Shown: one piece after another, positions 28,892-39,777 of the stretch
Numbering within the stretch: position 1 is the first letter of the stretch
How the letters are laid out: each line of letters begins with the position of its first letter
Assembly (NCBI GenBank): GCA_965200315.1
Contig: OZ241362.1
Span: 4,320,001 to 4,384,000 of the forward strand
Direction of reading: 5' to 3'
Length of the DNA: 64,000 nt
Source of the DNA: Candidatus Latescibacterota bacterium
Lineage (GTDB): Bacteria > Latescibacterota > UBA2968 > UBA8231
Position numbers and translations under genes: made by a program
The notes under the pieces: generated by a model
What the model was told of the DNA's origin: nothing
Database searches by the model: none
What the model saw: the letters and a program-made list of their open reading frames with translations, nothing else

Positions 28892-30342
28892 TATTCCGCT
28901 CCCTTTTTGAGTTCCTGCAAGCGCTGAGCTTCCTCGCGCTGCTTGTAAAACGAATCGAGGGGAAAGCAACCCGAAATCATGCCGTTGCGCGGCGCGGTCG
29001 TGCAATCGGAAAACGTGCGGCAGATGACGCGGCGTTGCAAGCGGCCCGTTTGCAGCACGTCGCAGGGCAGGTCGGAATAGGACAAAACCATCCGCCCCAA
29101 GCCGATAAAATCCACCATGCCCGCCCGCACGAGCCCCTGCCCCACGTGCGGCAGGTACTCCTGCAAGTAGGAATAACCCGACCCGACGAATAGGCTGTGC
29201 GGGAAGCGCGCCTTGAGCCGGGCGACCATAGCCACTTGCCGCGCTACCCCGCATAGCGGGTCTTCCGGCGGCAGGTACCCATCGGAAGGGGGAAAGAGCG
29301 CTGGCCGCTGAATGTGCGGATTGTAGTAGGGGCTGCCGCAGGACAAGTTAATTAGGTCCACTCCCAAGCTCTCCAACAAGGCGATGAACTGCTCGGCTTC
29401 GCCTAAGTCCATTTGCCGTGGGTCGCCTTGATCGACGCCAAAGCCGTACTGGTAGGGCAGGCAGTTTTGGTACGGCTCGGGCACCCCGCGTCTGGCGTCT
29501 GGGTCGGGCCGGAAGGGCACGAAGTCGAAAGCACTCAGCCGTACGCCGATGCCGAGCCCGGGTGCTCGGTTGCGGATCCCCTCGATGATGGAGCGGACAA
29601 AGCGCGTGCGGTTGGCAAAGGAGCCGCCAAAGGGGCCGGGCCGCGTAAACGCGCTGAGGAATTCGTGCCCTAGGTATCCGTGGCAATGCTTAATATCTAC
29701 GAAGTGGTAGCCTAGTTCATGGGCGATTTGTGCGCCGGCGACGTAGCGGTCGATCAAGCCCTCGATATAGGCGTCCGTCAGAAGCGGATAGTCAGCGTCA
29801 AGGCCGAATTTGCGGTCCAAGATCGGGTGGTGATAGAGGATAGCCGGCGCGGATTGGTCCTTGCGGTAGGGCCGGCAAAACCGCCCCGAATGCGTCAGTT
29901 GCAGGCCGAGAAGCAGGTCGTCGGTGGTGCCGAACCGCTCGCTGTGCGCCGACAGGAGGATGTCGCGCAGCTCGGCCATGCCGGTGCGGTTTTCCTCGCG
30001 CGCCATGAGCTGGTTCGGGTTGGCGCGGCCCTCGGGCACCACGGCAAACGCCTCTCCACCCCAGATGAGCTTGGCCCCGCTGCGCCCGAAATTCTGCCAA
30101 CGCCGGCGCGTCAAATCGCTCGGCTCGCCGTCTTCCGTCCCGTCCCATCCTTCCATCGGCTGAATGGCAAAGCGGTTGCCGATGCGGTTGCCGCCGCTAT
30201 GGGCTGGTTGGGCCAGCGGAGAAGAGGGAGCGGTTTCGATCTGGTCGTCGCAGGGCATTTCCGCGCCCAAATGGGCCAGATGGGCGCGGAGGTCCGCGGC
30301 TTGCTTAAAGCTGGAGATGCGCGGATAGCGCGTCTTGGCCAT
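28891..30342 (-). CDS. NADH:flavin oxidoreductase (Old Yellow Enzyme-like)
   Basis: [44 protein letters not shown]; TGATG overlap with lgt. Confidence 0.88.
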   Translation of the reverse strand: MAKTRYPRISSFKQAADLRAHLAHLGAEMPCDDQIETAPSSPLAQPAHSGGNRIGNRFAIQPMEGWDGTEDGEPSDLTRRRWQNFGRSGAKLIWGGEAFAVVPEGRANPNQLMAREENRTGMAELRDILLSAHSERFGTTDDLLLGLQLTHSGRFCRPYRKDQSAPAILYHHPILDRKFGLDADYPLLTDAYIEGLIDRYVAGAQIAHELGYHFVDIKHCHGYLGHEFLSAFTRPGPFGGSFANRTRFVRSIIEGIRNRAPGLGIGVRLSAFDFVPFRPDPDARRGVPEPYQNCLPYQYGFGVDQGDPRQMDLGEAEQFIALLESLGVDLINLSCGSPYYNPHIQRPALFPPSDGYLPPEDPLCGVARQVAMVARLKARFPHSLFVGSGYSYLQEYLPHVGQGLVRAGMVDFIGLGRMVLSYSDLPCDVLQTGRLQRRVICRTFSDCTTAPRNGMISGCFPLDSFYKQREEAQRLQELKKGAE

Positions 30343-31094
30343 CAAGAGGCCTCCCGGCGTTGCAGATACAGCATCAGCCCCAAGCCGAAGGCGATCATGA
30401 CTATGCTGAGAAGCTGGGCTTGGCTCAGGCCCCACAGTGCGTGTGGATTGATCCGAATGAACTCCACAGCGAACCGCGCCAGCCCGGCGAGGATGAGATA
30501 GAAGCTGAACGACAGGCCCGGAGGCTCGAAGCGAGTGCGCATTTTCCACAAGAAGGCCGCGATCCCCAAGTGGGAGAGGGTTTCGTACACGGGCGCGGGA
30601 TGAACCTTTTCGGTGGTCGGCACCACTCCGTTGGGATAGGCCATGCCCCACGGAAGATCGGTCGGCACCCCATAGTCGCCATCGCCGGCGAGCTGGCAGC
30701 CGATGCGCCCGATCCCGTAGCCCACGGCAAGGGCAATGCCCACCGCGTCGGCGACGTGACCGAGCGGCGCATGGTGGCGGCGAATTTGCCACAGCACGCC
30801 AGCCGCGGCAACGACAAACCCCCCGTACCAAGTCAGGCCATAGCCGGAAAACAGCAGGTCGAACACCTGGTCCCAAGTCTCAGGCGACTCTTCAAATAGC
30901 ACAAAGTAGAGCTTGGCCCCGACTAGCCCGCCGACCATGCAGGTGGTGACGATCGTCGATCCCAACTCGTCGTGCAGCCCTTGGCGCTTGAACTCGCGGT
31001 TGAGCACGTGCAGGGCCGCTAGGAAACCAAGGGCGACCATGAGGCCAAACGTGCCAATGCTAATGGGGCCGATCTCGAATAGGTAGGGGTACAT
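30342..31094 (-). CDS. lgt: Prolipoprotein diacylglyceryl transferase
   Basis: [36 protein letters not shown]. Confidence 0.9.
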   Translation of the reverse strand: MYPYLFEIGPISIGTFGLMVALGFLAALHVLNREFKRQGLHDELGSTIVTTCMVGGLVGAKLYFVLFEESPETWDQVFDLLFSGYGLTWYGGFVVAAAGVLWQIRRHHAPLGHVADAVGIALAVGYGIGRIGCQLAGDGDYGVPTDLPWGMAYPNGVVPTTEKVHPAPVYETLSHLGIAAFLWKMRTRFEPPGLSFSFYLILAGLARFAVEFIRINPHALWGLSQAQLLSIVMIAFGLGLMLYLQRREAS

Positions 31095-31096
31095 AA

Positions 31097-34000
31097 TCAG
31101 ATGTTTTTGCGGCCGAGCGCCTCGATCTGTCGCTTGAGCGCTGCGGCGATCTCGTAGTATATCTCATAGGGGCTCAAGGCTTCGGCGGATTCCTTAAAAG
31201 AGGTCGTTTCTAGAGGAGAGCCAAAGAGCAGGCGCAAGGGATGGCGCGATGGCGTGCGCGTCCCCTTGGGCAAGGCTTCGTGGGTGCCGGCAATGTGCAG
31301 GGGCACTACGGGCGCGCCTAGCTCGTAGGCTAAAAGCCCCACGCCCGCCTTAAACGGCTGCAGCTGGCCGTTGACTGAGCGCGTACCTTCGGGAAAGACT
31401 AGCAGCGGGCGGCGCACTCCCACCGATTGCCGCGTCCGCACTAAGCCGGCGGCGAAGTTGTCGTGGCCGTCGAAGGGGATGGCATTGACAAAGGTGGACA
31501 TAAACCAGTGCAGCTCGGAGTCGGCGAGGTAGTGCTCGCTGGTTGCGATATTGAGGTGATCGACATGGGAGTGCACAGCCGCGTACACGCAGGCACCGTC
31601 GAGGTGGCTGGCGTGATTGGAGGCAATCAGGTAGGGCCGATCTTGGGGCAAGTGCTCTAGGCCGCCAGCCCGGAAATCGAAAAAGCGGCGGAACAAAGGG
31701 CCGCCGGTCTCCCACAGGATTTCTTGTAGCATATTTTTGCCGGCCTCGTTCTCTGGCTTGGCATTCGGCTCGGCGTGCAAGATGCTCGACCAGTACGCGG
31801 GCGACTGCTCCACCTCCCAGTCCACCCCGTCTTGCAAGTGAGCCTCTATCCGCGCCAAGACGCTGCGGAGCGTGTCCTGTGGCTGCAAGAGTCCATCGAC
31901 TTGGGTCCCCAGCCGCTGGCCGAGCCACGCGGCGAATTCCACGGCCATCAGTGAATCCAACAAGGTGTTGAGCGGCGCATCTATGTGAGCGGCTACCTCC
32001 TCGGTGCTCAGACCCGCGAGCAGGCCAATTTGGCGCTGGATCGCCCGCTCCCATTCCGGTAGGGCAGTGTCTGGGCAACCTTCGCGCTCGATGACCGACA
32101 ACAGGGCTTGGCGATCCACGGCTCCGTCTTCCAGCCTCGGCAGTGGTCGGGTCCAAAAGTGCAGGCGCTGGATCCGATGATAGCTGGGCAAGGTGCGCGA
32201 GATTTCGTATGAGCGCGCTTGGATGGCCTCTCGTAAGTCCTCGGCCTCGCGGTTGAGTACGGCTACGCCGTGTAACTCTTCACCTCCGATGCGAGCCGAA
32301 GGTACGCCCACCACGCCCAACTCGGCCACGTGCGGTAGGTCTTGGTAGAGCGATTCGACTTCGCGGGGATAGACGTTGTGGCCGGCTCCATTGACGATTA
32401 GGTCTTTGCGCCTCCCCTCGACGAAGAGGTAGCCGTCGTCGTCGAGGCGGCCGAGATCGCCGGTGTGTAGCCACCCGTCGCGCAACACCGCTTGGGTCAG
32501 TTCCTCTTGGGAAAAATAGCCCACCATGACGTTGATACCTCGTACTAAGACCTCGCCGACGCCGCGCTCGTCCGGCTCAGCGATCTGCACTTGTTGCCCG
32601 GGTAGCATCTGCCCTACCGACTGGAATTTGCACTGATCGGGTGGGTTGACCGCCACGACGGAAGCCGCTTCGCTCAGGCCGTAGCCTTGGCAAATTGCCA
32701 CGCCGAGACGCTCGTAAGCGTCGATGAGGTCGTCGGATAGGGCTGCGCCGACGCTGACGACCCGCCTCAGAGCGGCTAGCGCCGCCGTGGCCTCGGCCCC
32801 GAGGCGCTCGACGCGATCGGCCAAGACGCGCAACAGGCGTGGCGCGGTCAACAGTACAGTCGCATTCGTATCGCGCAGGGCGCGGAGCATCTCGCGGCTG
32901 TTGACGGCCTCTACATACGTGATGGTGGCTCCGCCTAAAAGCGGCAGCAGCAAGCCCCCGGTGCATTCGAGGACTTGGTGCAGCGGCAAGGTCGAGAGCA
33001 TGCGGTCGGATTTATAGATGCGCAGGACCTCGCCTTGGGCGAGGACGTTGGAGATGAGGTTGCGATGGCTCAACACCACTCCGCGCGGCTCGAGGACCGA
33101 GGTAAAGATAATCGACGCTGTGGCATCTGGATTGACTCTCGGTCGTTTCCAACGGCCTTTTTGGGCGGACGCGTCTGGCTCGGGAGTGTGCCCGAACGGC
33201 AGCCCCTCGCGATCTACATTGAAAAAGGCCATTTCCTTGTGAGCGGCCACGCCCTCGGGCGAGAGCTGGGAAAAGCGCTTTTCCGCGGCAATCAGTGCCC
33301 GCGCTTGGACAAAGTCGCACAGCCTCCAGATGTCTTCCTCGCGCGTCTGCGGGCTGATGGGCACGACCGCTAGCCCGAGCAAGTTGGCCGCCATATAGGC
33401 GACGACCCATTCCGGCCCATTGTCCCCGCACAGCAGGACCCGCGCACCGGCTGATGCGCCCTGTGCCTGCCAACGGCGCGCCACGCGCTCGGCGCGGGTA
33501 AGCAGCTCGGCGTAGCTGATCCGCGTCCAGCCAGATTGGCGCTCGATTTGCAAGGCCGTGCGGGCGGCGTAGCGGCCGCCGGCCCAGCGCAACAGGTCCG
33601 GGATTGTGCGGATGCTTTCCTCGATGCGCCAGCGCTGCTCCTCGCCCCCCACTTCGCTCGGTGCCGCACTCAGCGGCTCTTGGTCGTCGTTAGCCCCGCC
33701 GAGTTCGTGACGTCGGAGGCCGGGCAGGTGGGTTTTTTGATAGTATTGATACCAGTCAATCCGCCGCACATCCATGTTGAAGATCCGCTGCTCTTCGGGG
33801 GGCAGCGACTCGTAGAGAGCCAACATGCGCTTGGCTTCATAGCGGCAGTCGAGGGTCGTGTACGGGCTGAACAAGTCAGTGAAGTACTGGACGCGCTTGA
33901 GGCGCGTCTTGAGCGCGGCCAAGCGGCGCTTCTTCTGGGGCGGTGCCCAGCGCTCGGGCAGGTAGTCGTAGAGCTTTTGCTTTAGCTCTAGAGGATAGAG

Positions 34001-35284
34001 GTACTTCCAGTTGAAGGCGCGCTGAAAGCGGGCCACGGTCGGGAAGGTCCAATCCACTAGCTCGGGCCGAGAGCCGTCTTTGTTGAGGAGGGGGTATTCC
34101 TCAAAGTAGCCCTTGACGTACTTGAACATCCGGGTATTGGGCAGGGGGTTTTCTCCGCTGGTTGCCGCGTGGAAGACCTCCACTGTGGAAGCCGTGGCCT
34201 GCGTGGCCGCGGCCAGCACGGTATTAACGACGATGTCCACAGGCACCAAGTCCATGGGTGCGCCCATTGCGGCCGGGAAGTTCGGGACGATCCCCCGCCC
34301 GTAGGCCACTATCAGTGGATCGGTTACCTTGAGCCCATGGATCCAGCCTGGATGCGGGTCTTCGAGCGCGCCTTCGGTGACGCTGGGTCGCACGATGGCC
34401 AGCGGCACTTGGCCGCGGTGCTTGACGAGCAACTGCTCGCCCATGGCCTTGGTAAAAGTGTACACGTCATTCCAGCCATGCTGCCGCGCTCGCCGCATCC
34501 CCTCCTCGACTAGCTCGCGCTCGATCCAGCGGCGACAGCGGTCGTTGATCAGCTTTTGCAAGCGGCTGTCCGAGAGCGTACGGCGGTGGCTCTGCTCGAC
34601 GATCTCGCGGCGAAATGCACGCTGTTGCTCGGCGCTTTGCGCTTGGGCGCGGATGGCGCGGCAGAGGGCTTGTGCTTCGGCTATTTCTTCTTCGGGGACG
34701 AAAGGTTGTGGCGGTGCGTTGCCGTCGATTAGGTGCTGAATAGTGCGGTCGATCGGCAGGGTGCGCTCGGGGACAGCACCGGTGCGTTGCCCGTTGACGT
34801 ACGCGGTTGATACGTGGACTAAGACGGGATTTTTGCGGCCTTCGCGGGCCAACCGCAAAAGCTCCTGAGGTGCCAAGGTGTTGAATTGGATCGCCGAGTC
34901 GAGCGGTTCGTCAAAAGTGACGCTGGCCGCGTTGCCAATGATGAGGTCGACTTCGGCCAACAGCTCGTCGCGGGATGCTTCGGCTAGCCCGAGGCCCGGC
35001 TGCTGCATGTCGCAGGCGAGGGCGCGCACCTTCTGCCGCGCCGCGGCAAAGGCGGCTGGCTCCTCTTGGCGAAAGCGGTCGAAGACGACTAGCTTGAAGA
35101 GTTCGTCCAGCCGTTCCTCTACCGGCAGGGCGGCCCCGTTAGGACCCCGACCGGGCCGCAACACGAGGTACAAGCGCCGCACGCCGGGCAAATAGCGCAG
35201 GAGCTTGGCCGTCAGACCCTGCCCGTAAAACCCGGTGCCGCCGGTCAGCAACACGGTGCGGTCCTGATAGAATTCTCTGATCAT
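31097..35284 (-). CDS. Multidomain fatty acyl reductase / AMP-binding / ACP / PlsC acyltransferase (ElbD-like)
   Basis: TGGTGFYG, HVSTAYV, YTFTK (FAR); QGYGLSE, WLHTGDLG, GRRKD (adenylation); LDSL (ACP Ser); NHASHLD, FPEGTRS (PlsC). Confidence 0.88.
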   Translation of the reverse strand: MIREFYQDRTVLLTGGTGFYGQGLTAKLLRYLPGVRRLYLVLRPGRGPNGAALPVEERLDELFKLVVFDRFRQEEPAAFAAARQKVRALACDMQQPGLGLAEASRDELLAEVDLIIGNAASVTFDEPLDSAIQFNTLAPQELLRLAREGRKNPVLVHVSTAYVNGQRTGAVPERTLPIDRTIQHLIDGNAPPQPFVPEEEIAEAQALCRAIRAQAQSAEQQRAFRREIVEQSHRRTLSDSRLQKLINDRCRRWIERELVEEGMRRARQHGWNDVYTFTKAMGEQLLVKHRGQVPLAIVRPSVTEGALEDPHPGWIHGLKVTDPLIVAYGRGIVPNFPAAMGAPMDLVPVDIVVNTVLAAATQATASTVEVFHAATSGENPLPNTRMFKYVKGYFEEYPLLNKDGSRPELVDWTFPTVARFQRAFNWKYLYPLELKQKLYDYLPERWAPPQKKRRLAALKTRLKRVQYFTDLFSPYTTLDCRYEAKRMLALYESLPPEEQRIFNMDVRRIDWYQYYQKTHLPGLRRHELGGANDDQEPLSAAPSEVGGEEQRWRIEESIRTIPDLLRWAGGRYAARTALQIERQSGWTRISYAELLTRAERVARRWQAQGASAGARVLLCGDNGPEWVVAYMAANLLGLAVVPISPQTREEDIWRLCDFVQARALIAAEKRFSQLSPEGVAAHKEMAFFNVDREGLPFGHTPEPDASAQKGRWKRPRVNPDATASIIFTSVLEPRGVVLSHRNLISNVLAQGEVLRIYKSDRMLSTLPLHQVLECTGGLLLPLLGGATITYVEAVNSREMLRALRDTNATVLLTAPRLLRVLADRVERLGAEATAALAALRRVVSVGAALSDDLIDAYERLGVAICQGYGLSEAASVVAVNPPDQCKFQSVGQMLPGQQVQIAEPDERGVGEVLVRGINVMVGYFSQEELTQAVLRDGWLHTGDLGRLDDDGYLFVEGRRKDLIVNGAGHNVYPREVESLYQDLPHVAELGVVGVPSARIGGEELHGVAVLNREAEDLREAIQARSYEISRTLPSYHRIQRLHFWTRPLPRLEDGAVDRQALLSVIEREGCPDTALPEWERAIQRQIGLLAGLSTEEVAAHIDAPLNTLLDSLMAVEFAAWLGQRLGTQVDGLLQPQDTLRSVLARIEAHLQDGVDWEVEQSPAYWSSILHAEPNAKPENEAGKNMLQEILWETGGPLFRRFFDFRAGGLEHLPQDRPYLIASNHASHLDGACVYAAVHSHVDHLNIATSEHYLADSELHWFMSTFVNAIPFDGHDNFAAGLVRTRQSVGVRRPLLVFPEGTRSVNGQLQPFKAGVGLLAYELGAPVVPLHIAGTHEALPKGTRTPSRHPLRLLFGSPLETTSFKESAEALSPYEIYYEIAAALKRQIEALGRKNI

Positions 35285-35585
35285 AGCGGAGACGGACAAA
35301 AGCCCCATCCCGTGTTAGGACAGGGCTCAAAACGTTGTAATATAGAGGGCGGGATGCCCTGCCACAAGGCGGCTTACTGTGCGGGACGCCTAGGCTCGCA
35401 ACCCTTGCCGTCGCGCCGATTTCGGTCTAGTCCTTGCTTGGTGATATAGGGGTGTTTGACCTGTTTTTTTAGTTCTCGGCGCTGGTCAGCCCAATCGATG
35501 TCTCGTTTTCGTTTAGCCATGCTTTGATGTTATCTTTCTATACAATTAATCTACGCGCAAGGCCGCTCATGGGACAACCCAAGCT

Positions 35586-36491
35586 ATGTCCAAACACTGG
35601 GTCTTGATAGCCAATCCAACCGCGGGCAAGGCCCGCGCCCGCAGTGTCGCCGAGCAAGCCGCCTTGGCTATACAAGACGCTGGTCAAGTGGTTGAGTTGC
35701 GCTACACTCGGGCCAAGGGCCACGCAGCCGAGCTGGCTCAGCAGGCCGTGGGTGAGGGCGCTGAGCGGCTGGTGGTCTGCGGCGGCGACGGCACCATCCG
35801 CGAGACGCTCGCGCCTCTCGCTGGCTCGCGCACGGCCTTGGGGCTGCTACCTTGCGGCACCTGCAACGACTTGGCCCGCGCCCTCGCCGTGCCGCTCCGA
35901 GTGAAAGCGGCTATAGACAACCTACTCTGCGGCGAGGTGCGCGCCATAGATTTGGGCCGAGCCGGCGACCGCTTCTTTGCCACAATCGCCGCCTTTGGCT
36001 TTGATGCCGAAGTCAACCGCCGCATGGAAAGCGCCCAAGGGCCTCTATCCGGGCGGATTCGCTATACCTTGGAAGCCTTGCGGCACGTTGTTCGCTACCA
36101 GCCGATCCGGGTTCGTCTCTGCGGCGATTTCGGGGAGATTGAGCAAGAGGTGCTGCAAGTATCTACTGCCAATGCGCGGAATTATGGCGGCAATTTGTGC
36201 GTTGCCCCAGATGCCGACCTCGGCGATGGCCTCTTCGACGTGGTCGTCGTTGATGCGGTGCCGCGGCGGGCTTTTCTGTCGCTGATGCTCCGCCTCTTTT
36301 GGCGAGCACACGTCCGCCATCGAGCTGTGCGCGTCGAGCGCACGGCCCGTCTAGCGCTGCACACGGACGCGCCACACCGCGTGTACGCAGACGGCGACTA
36401 TCTAGGCCAGACGCCACTCGTGCTGGAAATTAGCCCGGCAGCGCTGCGGGTGGCGGTGCCGAGTTTTTGCCCGCAAGGGGTGCGTTGCTGA
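35586..36491 (+). CDS. Diacylglycerol kinase-family lipid kinase (YegS/DagK-like)
   Basis: NPTAG, GGDGT, GTCNDLAR, GFDA, YGG, DGLFD. Confidence 0.9.
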   Translation: MSKHWVLIANPTAGKARARSVAEQAALAIQDAGQVVELRYTRAKGHAAELAQQAVGEGAERLVVCGGDGTIRETLAPLAGSRTALGLLPCGTCNDLARALAVPLRVKAAIDNLLCGEVRAIDLGRAGDRFFATIAAFGFDAEVNRRMESAQGPLSGRIRYTLEALRHVVRYQPIRVRLCGDFGEIEQEVLQVSTANARNYGGNLCVAPDADLGDGLFDVVVVDAVPRRAFLSLMLRLFWRAHVRHRAVRVERTARLALHTDAPHRVYADGDYLGQTPLVLEISPAALRVAVPSFCPQGVRC

Positions 36492-36540
36492 TATTGCCCT
36501 AAGGGGCGGAGCTCAATCACGAATTATTCCACAGCGTCTT

Positions 36541-37518
36541 ATGGCTACCCGAGCACAACAAATACGCCTAGGCATCTTCTTCTTGGTTTCGCTCGCCGTC
36601 CTCGCGCTTTTCTTCATCGTCGTCGCCGGCAGCCATCTGCTGAGCCAGCGCGATACCTATTACATCGAGTTCAACTCGCCCGTCAGCGGCCTCAACAAAG
36701 GCGCGGGCGTCAAGTACTTGGGCTTTAGTATTGGCCGCGTCGAGGACATCGCAATCGCGCAGGATCATCTCTCTACCGTAGTAGTAGAGATTGCGGTCGA
36801 GCGGCGGCTGGCCGAAAATGCGATCCGCACCGATACGCAGGCACGAATGGCCTCGCTGGGGCTCACCGGCCTGAAGTCCATCGAACTTTTCGGGGGCAGC
36901 GACGAGGCCCCGGCCCTCCCACGAGGGTCCACCATTGTTGCGGACGAGACCTTTTTTAGCAGCATGCAAGAGCGCACCGAAGCGCTCAGCGCCAAGGTTG
37001 AACAAACCATCGACAACCTAAACGCGCTGCTCAGCAGCGAAAACCAGCGCACCTTCACTGAACTGCTGAACAACGCGGGCAATCTGCTGGCCACGGCCAA
37101 CGCGCTGGTCGAGGACAACCGCGCCGCATTCGACGAGACCGCGGCCAATATGGTTGCCACCAGTCGCTCGCTCGCCAAAATTAGCGCGACTTTGGCGACG
37201 ACGACCGATTCCCTGCACAGCTTGCTCGTGGGCGCGAAGCTGCAACAGACGGTTGATGACCTGCAAGGGACGATGCACAAGTTGCGCCAGCAAATAGACG
37301 GTCCGGTTCCCCGGCTCGTCGCGCGGATGGATACCGTGATAAGCCATATCGACCGGACTTTTGTGGGCATTGATCAGACCGTAGGGGCCAGCCGGCAGAA
37401 TCTTCTGCGCGCCATGCAGGAATTGGAGGAAACTTTGCAAAATATCCGCGAAACCACCGAACTGATTCGCGAGAATCCCGCGGTACTGATCCGAGGTCGC
37501 AGCGGTGGGGATCAATAG
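36541..37518 (+). CDS. mlaD: MCE/MlaD family protein
   Basis: N-terminal TM, VSGLNKGAGVKYLGFSIGRV MCE motif, long helical tail. Confidence 0.88.
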   Translation: MATRAQQIRLGIFFLVSLAVLALFFIVVAGSHLLSQRDTYYIEFNSPVSGLNKGAGVKYLGFSIGRVEDIAIAQDHLSTVVVEIAVERRLAENAIRTDTQARMASLGLTGLKSIELFGGSDEAPALPRGSTIVADETFFSSMQERTEALSAKVEQTIDNLNALLSSENQRTFTELLNNAGNLLATANALVEDNRAAFDETAANMVATSRSLAKISATLATTTDSLHSLLVGAKLQQTVDDLQGTMHKLRQQIDGPVPRLVARMDTVISHIDRTFVGIDQTVGASRQNLLRAMQELEETLQNIRETTELIRENPAVLIRGRSGGDQ

Positions 37519-38260
37519 CCGAGTGCGCTGCTGCGGTCAGGCCCTCGTTTTGGCCGCAGCTCTATCTGGCTGCGCCCAGTTGCTAGGCGGCGATACTAAG
37601 CTGCCGCAACGGCGCTATTTTAAGCTGCATATCGAACCCTTGCGCGGCAGCGTGGAAGGTTCCGAGCGCCCGTATCCTTTCCGGGTGCAGGTCAAAGGCT
37701 TTGAAGTGCCTCGTGCCTATGACCGCACCCACCTCATCCGCCGCCGCGACCAGTACGAACTACAGCGCGACAATCTCCACCACTGGATGGAGCGCCCCAG
37801 CGACATGATTACCGATGCAGTCAAGCAGTACCTGCGCCAAGCTGATCTCTTTACCTATATCGGCGGGGAGCGCGATTTTTTTGAGCATCGCCCGGATTAC
37901 GTGCTCAGCGGCTCGGTCAAAGCCATTGAGCGCTTCGACAGCGGCGACCTGTGGGCAGCCCATCTGGTTATGACGCTGGAACTGGTAAGGCAGGACGATG
38001 GCAAAGTTATATGGCAGGACGATTTCGACGAGGAAAAACAAGTGTTTTCCCCGGCCATGATACACACAGTAGCCGCGTTGAGCGGGCTTTTGGGCCAGCG
38101 GATGCAAAAGGCGATCGGGGAGATCGACTTCAAGTTCAGCAATAAGCAGCGGCCCGCACCCATCGCGCCCGACGGGGAAACCTCATCAGCGGCCCGAGAT
38201 ACCGTGCTGCAAACCCAAGCCGATCACTACGAACTCATACCGGGAAAACTGGCCCCATAG
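37505..38260 (+). CDS. PqiC-like ABC auxiliary lipoprotein
   Basis: Lipobox LSGC; W..RPSDM, LSGSVKAIE; position directly after the MCE gene. Confidence 0.75.
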   Translation: MGINSRVRCCGQALVLAAALSGCAQLLGGDTKLPQRRYFKLHIEPLRGSVEGSERPYPFRVQVKGFEVPRAYDRTHLIRRRDQYELQRDNLHHWMERPSDMITDAVKQYLRQADLFTYIGGERDFFEHRPDYVLSGSVKAIERFDSGDLWAAHLVMTLELVRQDDGKVIWQDDFDEEKQVFSPAMIHTVAALSGLLGQRMQKAIGEIDFKFSNKQRPAPIAPDGETSSAARDTVLQTQADHYELIPGKLAP

Positions 38261-38268
38261 GACCTGGT

Positions 38269-39777
38269 ATGGACAAGCTATTTTACATCCTGATCGCCCT
38301 GCCGTTGCTCGCTAGCCCAGCCCTAAGCGACAGCGACACTTGGATCGCCCCGCCCGGGCGCGGCCAGCTCGAACAGGATCCAACGCTGATTCCCAAGGGC
38401 AAGGGCTTTCTGTTCGTGCCGACGATGACCGGCTCCCTCAACGAGCCGAGCTTTCTCATCTTACAGGGCAACAAACCCATCCGCGAAGCCTCCCCCGGCA
38501 CTGGCGTGTTGCTATCGCCCGGCAACTACAAATTACTGGTCGGCTCGGGCCCGGACCTCCAAATGATGACCCGCACCTTGCCAGTCCGAGAGGGCATGAC
38601 GACGCTAGTAAAGCCCTTCTGGGCCGGACTAGTCATCAACGTCATGTCTGAGAACCGCACAGCGATCAACGAATCCTATGAACTGTACCGGGAATCCTCA
38701 CAGGAAAACTACGGCATTGGCTATGGAGTCGAAGAAGAGCGCGGCGAAGCGGTCAAGACGTGGCTCTTGCCACCGGGCGTTTACTCGGTCGTGCAAGTCG
38801 GCGACAACATATCAACTACCCGCAAGTTCAGCGTTCGCTTAGAGCCAAGCGAGTTGGTCCAGCGCAACCTAGTAGTGGACAGCAAGGACGATACCTTCAT
38901 CGGCTTCTACCCCCCGGCTCAATATGGCCTCCTCGCTCAAGTAGCGGACTCGAACTGGAAGACCTCCTTGCAGCTAAGCGGCTCGCCCCGGCTCACTTCG
39001 CAGAATACAACCGGCGCAGATCGCTCAATCCTCTCGCTTTCCGCTGAGATCATCGGCAGCAGCGTCTATAACACGGACCGCCATTACGCCAATCTGCGGC
39101 TAGACTTTGAAGAAGGCTTTACCCGCGAAGAGGGCGACGACTTCCGCAAGTCCGTCGATGAGTTTGAGGTCCGCGCTACGTATATCTACCGGCTTTCCAA
39201 GCGAATTGGCCCCTATTTGCGCGGGGTGTTCAACACCAAGCTATTCGCCGAGGAGAAGCGCTTTGAAAAGCCGAAGGAGCTTTTGGTCCGCATCGGTGAC
39301 CAGATCGAGTCCGAGACGGGCATTAGCGAATTTACTCTCTCGCCGTCCTTCAGCCCTCTCGTGCTACGCCAAGGCATCGGCATCAACGCCCAAGTTATCG
39401 GCAGCTTTCCCCTGAACCTCGACATGCGCATTGGTTTTGGGGCGCGCCAGACTTACGTTACGGACACCTTCACCCTTGAGCAGTACGCCGCCCGCACTAT
39501 TGCCCGCAAGTTGGAGGATAAGACCTCCACCGGCTTAGAAGCCGTACTGCTCCTCCAGTCGCGTTTCTCGCGCTTCCCGAGCTTGGACTCGGAGTTTGAC
39601 ATCATTATCCCAAAAACGGCCACCGACACTTGGGAATTCACTTGGGAAAACCGCTTGCGCTTGCCGCTTAGTCGCTTCGCCAACGTGGTCGTCGTCTTCG
39701 ACTTCAAGCGCGAGCAGGCGATCCGGCGGCTGCAATCTGAGCAACAGGTCCTGCTGCGTCTGAACTATTTGCTATGA
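38269..39777 (+). CDS. Exported protein with probable C-terminal outer-membrane beta-barrel
   Basis: Signal peptide; C-terminal half has amphipathic beta strands and ends VLLRLNYLL; ATGA overlap with mlaE. Confidence 0.55.
   Translation: MDKLFYILIALPLLASPALSDSDTWIAPPGRGQLEQDPTLIPKGKGFLFVPTMTGSLNEPSFLILQGNKPIREASPGTGVLLSPGNYKLLVGSGPDLQMMTRTLPVREGMTTLVKPFWAGLVINVMSENRTAINESYELYRESSQENYGIGYGVEEERGEAVKTWLLPPGVYSVVQVGDNISTTRKFSVRLEPSELVQRNLVVDSKDDTFIGFYPPAQYGLLAQVADSNWKTSLQLSGSPRLTSQNTTGADRSILSLSAEIIGSSVYNTDRHYANLRLDFEEGFTREEGDDFRKSVDEFEVRATYIYRLSKRIGPYLRGVFNTKLFAEEKRFEKPKELLVRIGDQIESETGISEFTLSPSFSPLVLRQGIGINAQVIGSFPLNLDMRIGFGARQTYVTDTFTLEQYAARTIARKLEDKTSTGLEAVLLLQSRFSRFPSLDSEFDIIIPKTATDTWEFTWENRLRLPLSRFANVVVVFDFKREQAIRRLQSEQQVLLRLNYLL

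Noticed and set aside
28891-30876. ORF-track N-terminal extensions (661-aa flavin oxidoreductase, 364-aa SDR, 298-aa MlaF, 245-aa CYTH) as fusions
   Set aside because: The extensions overlap real upstream genes; coupled internal starts with RBSs explain the true proteins.
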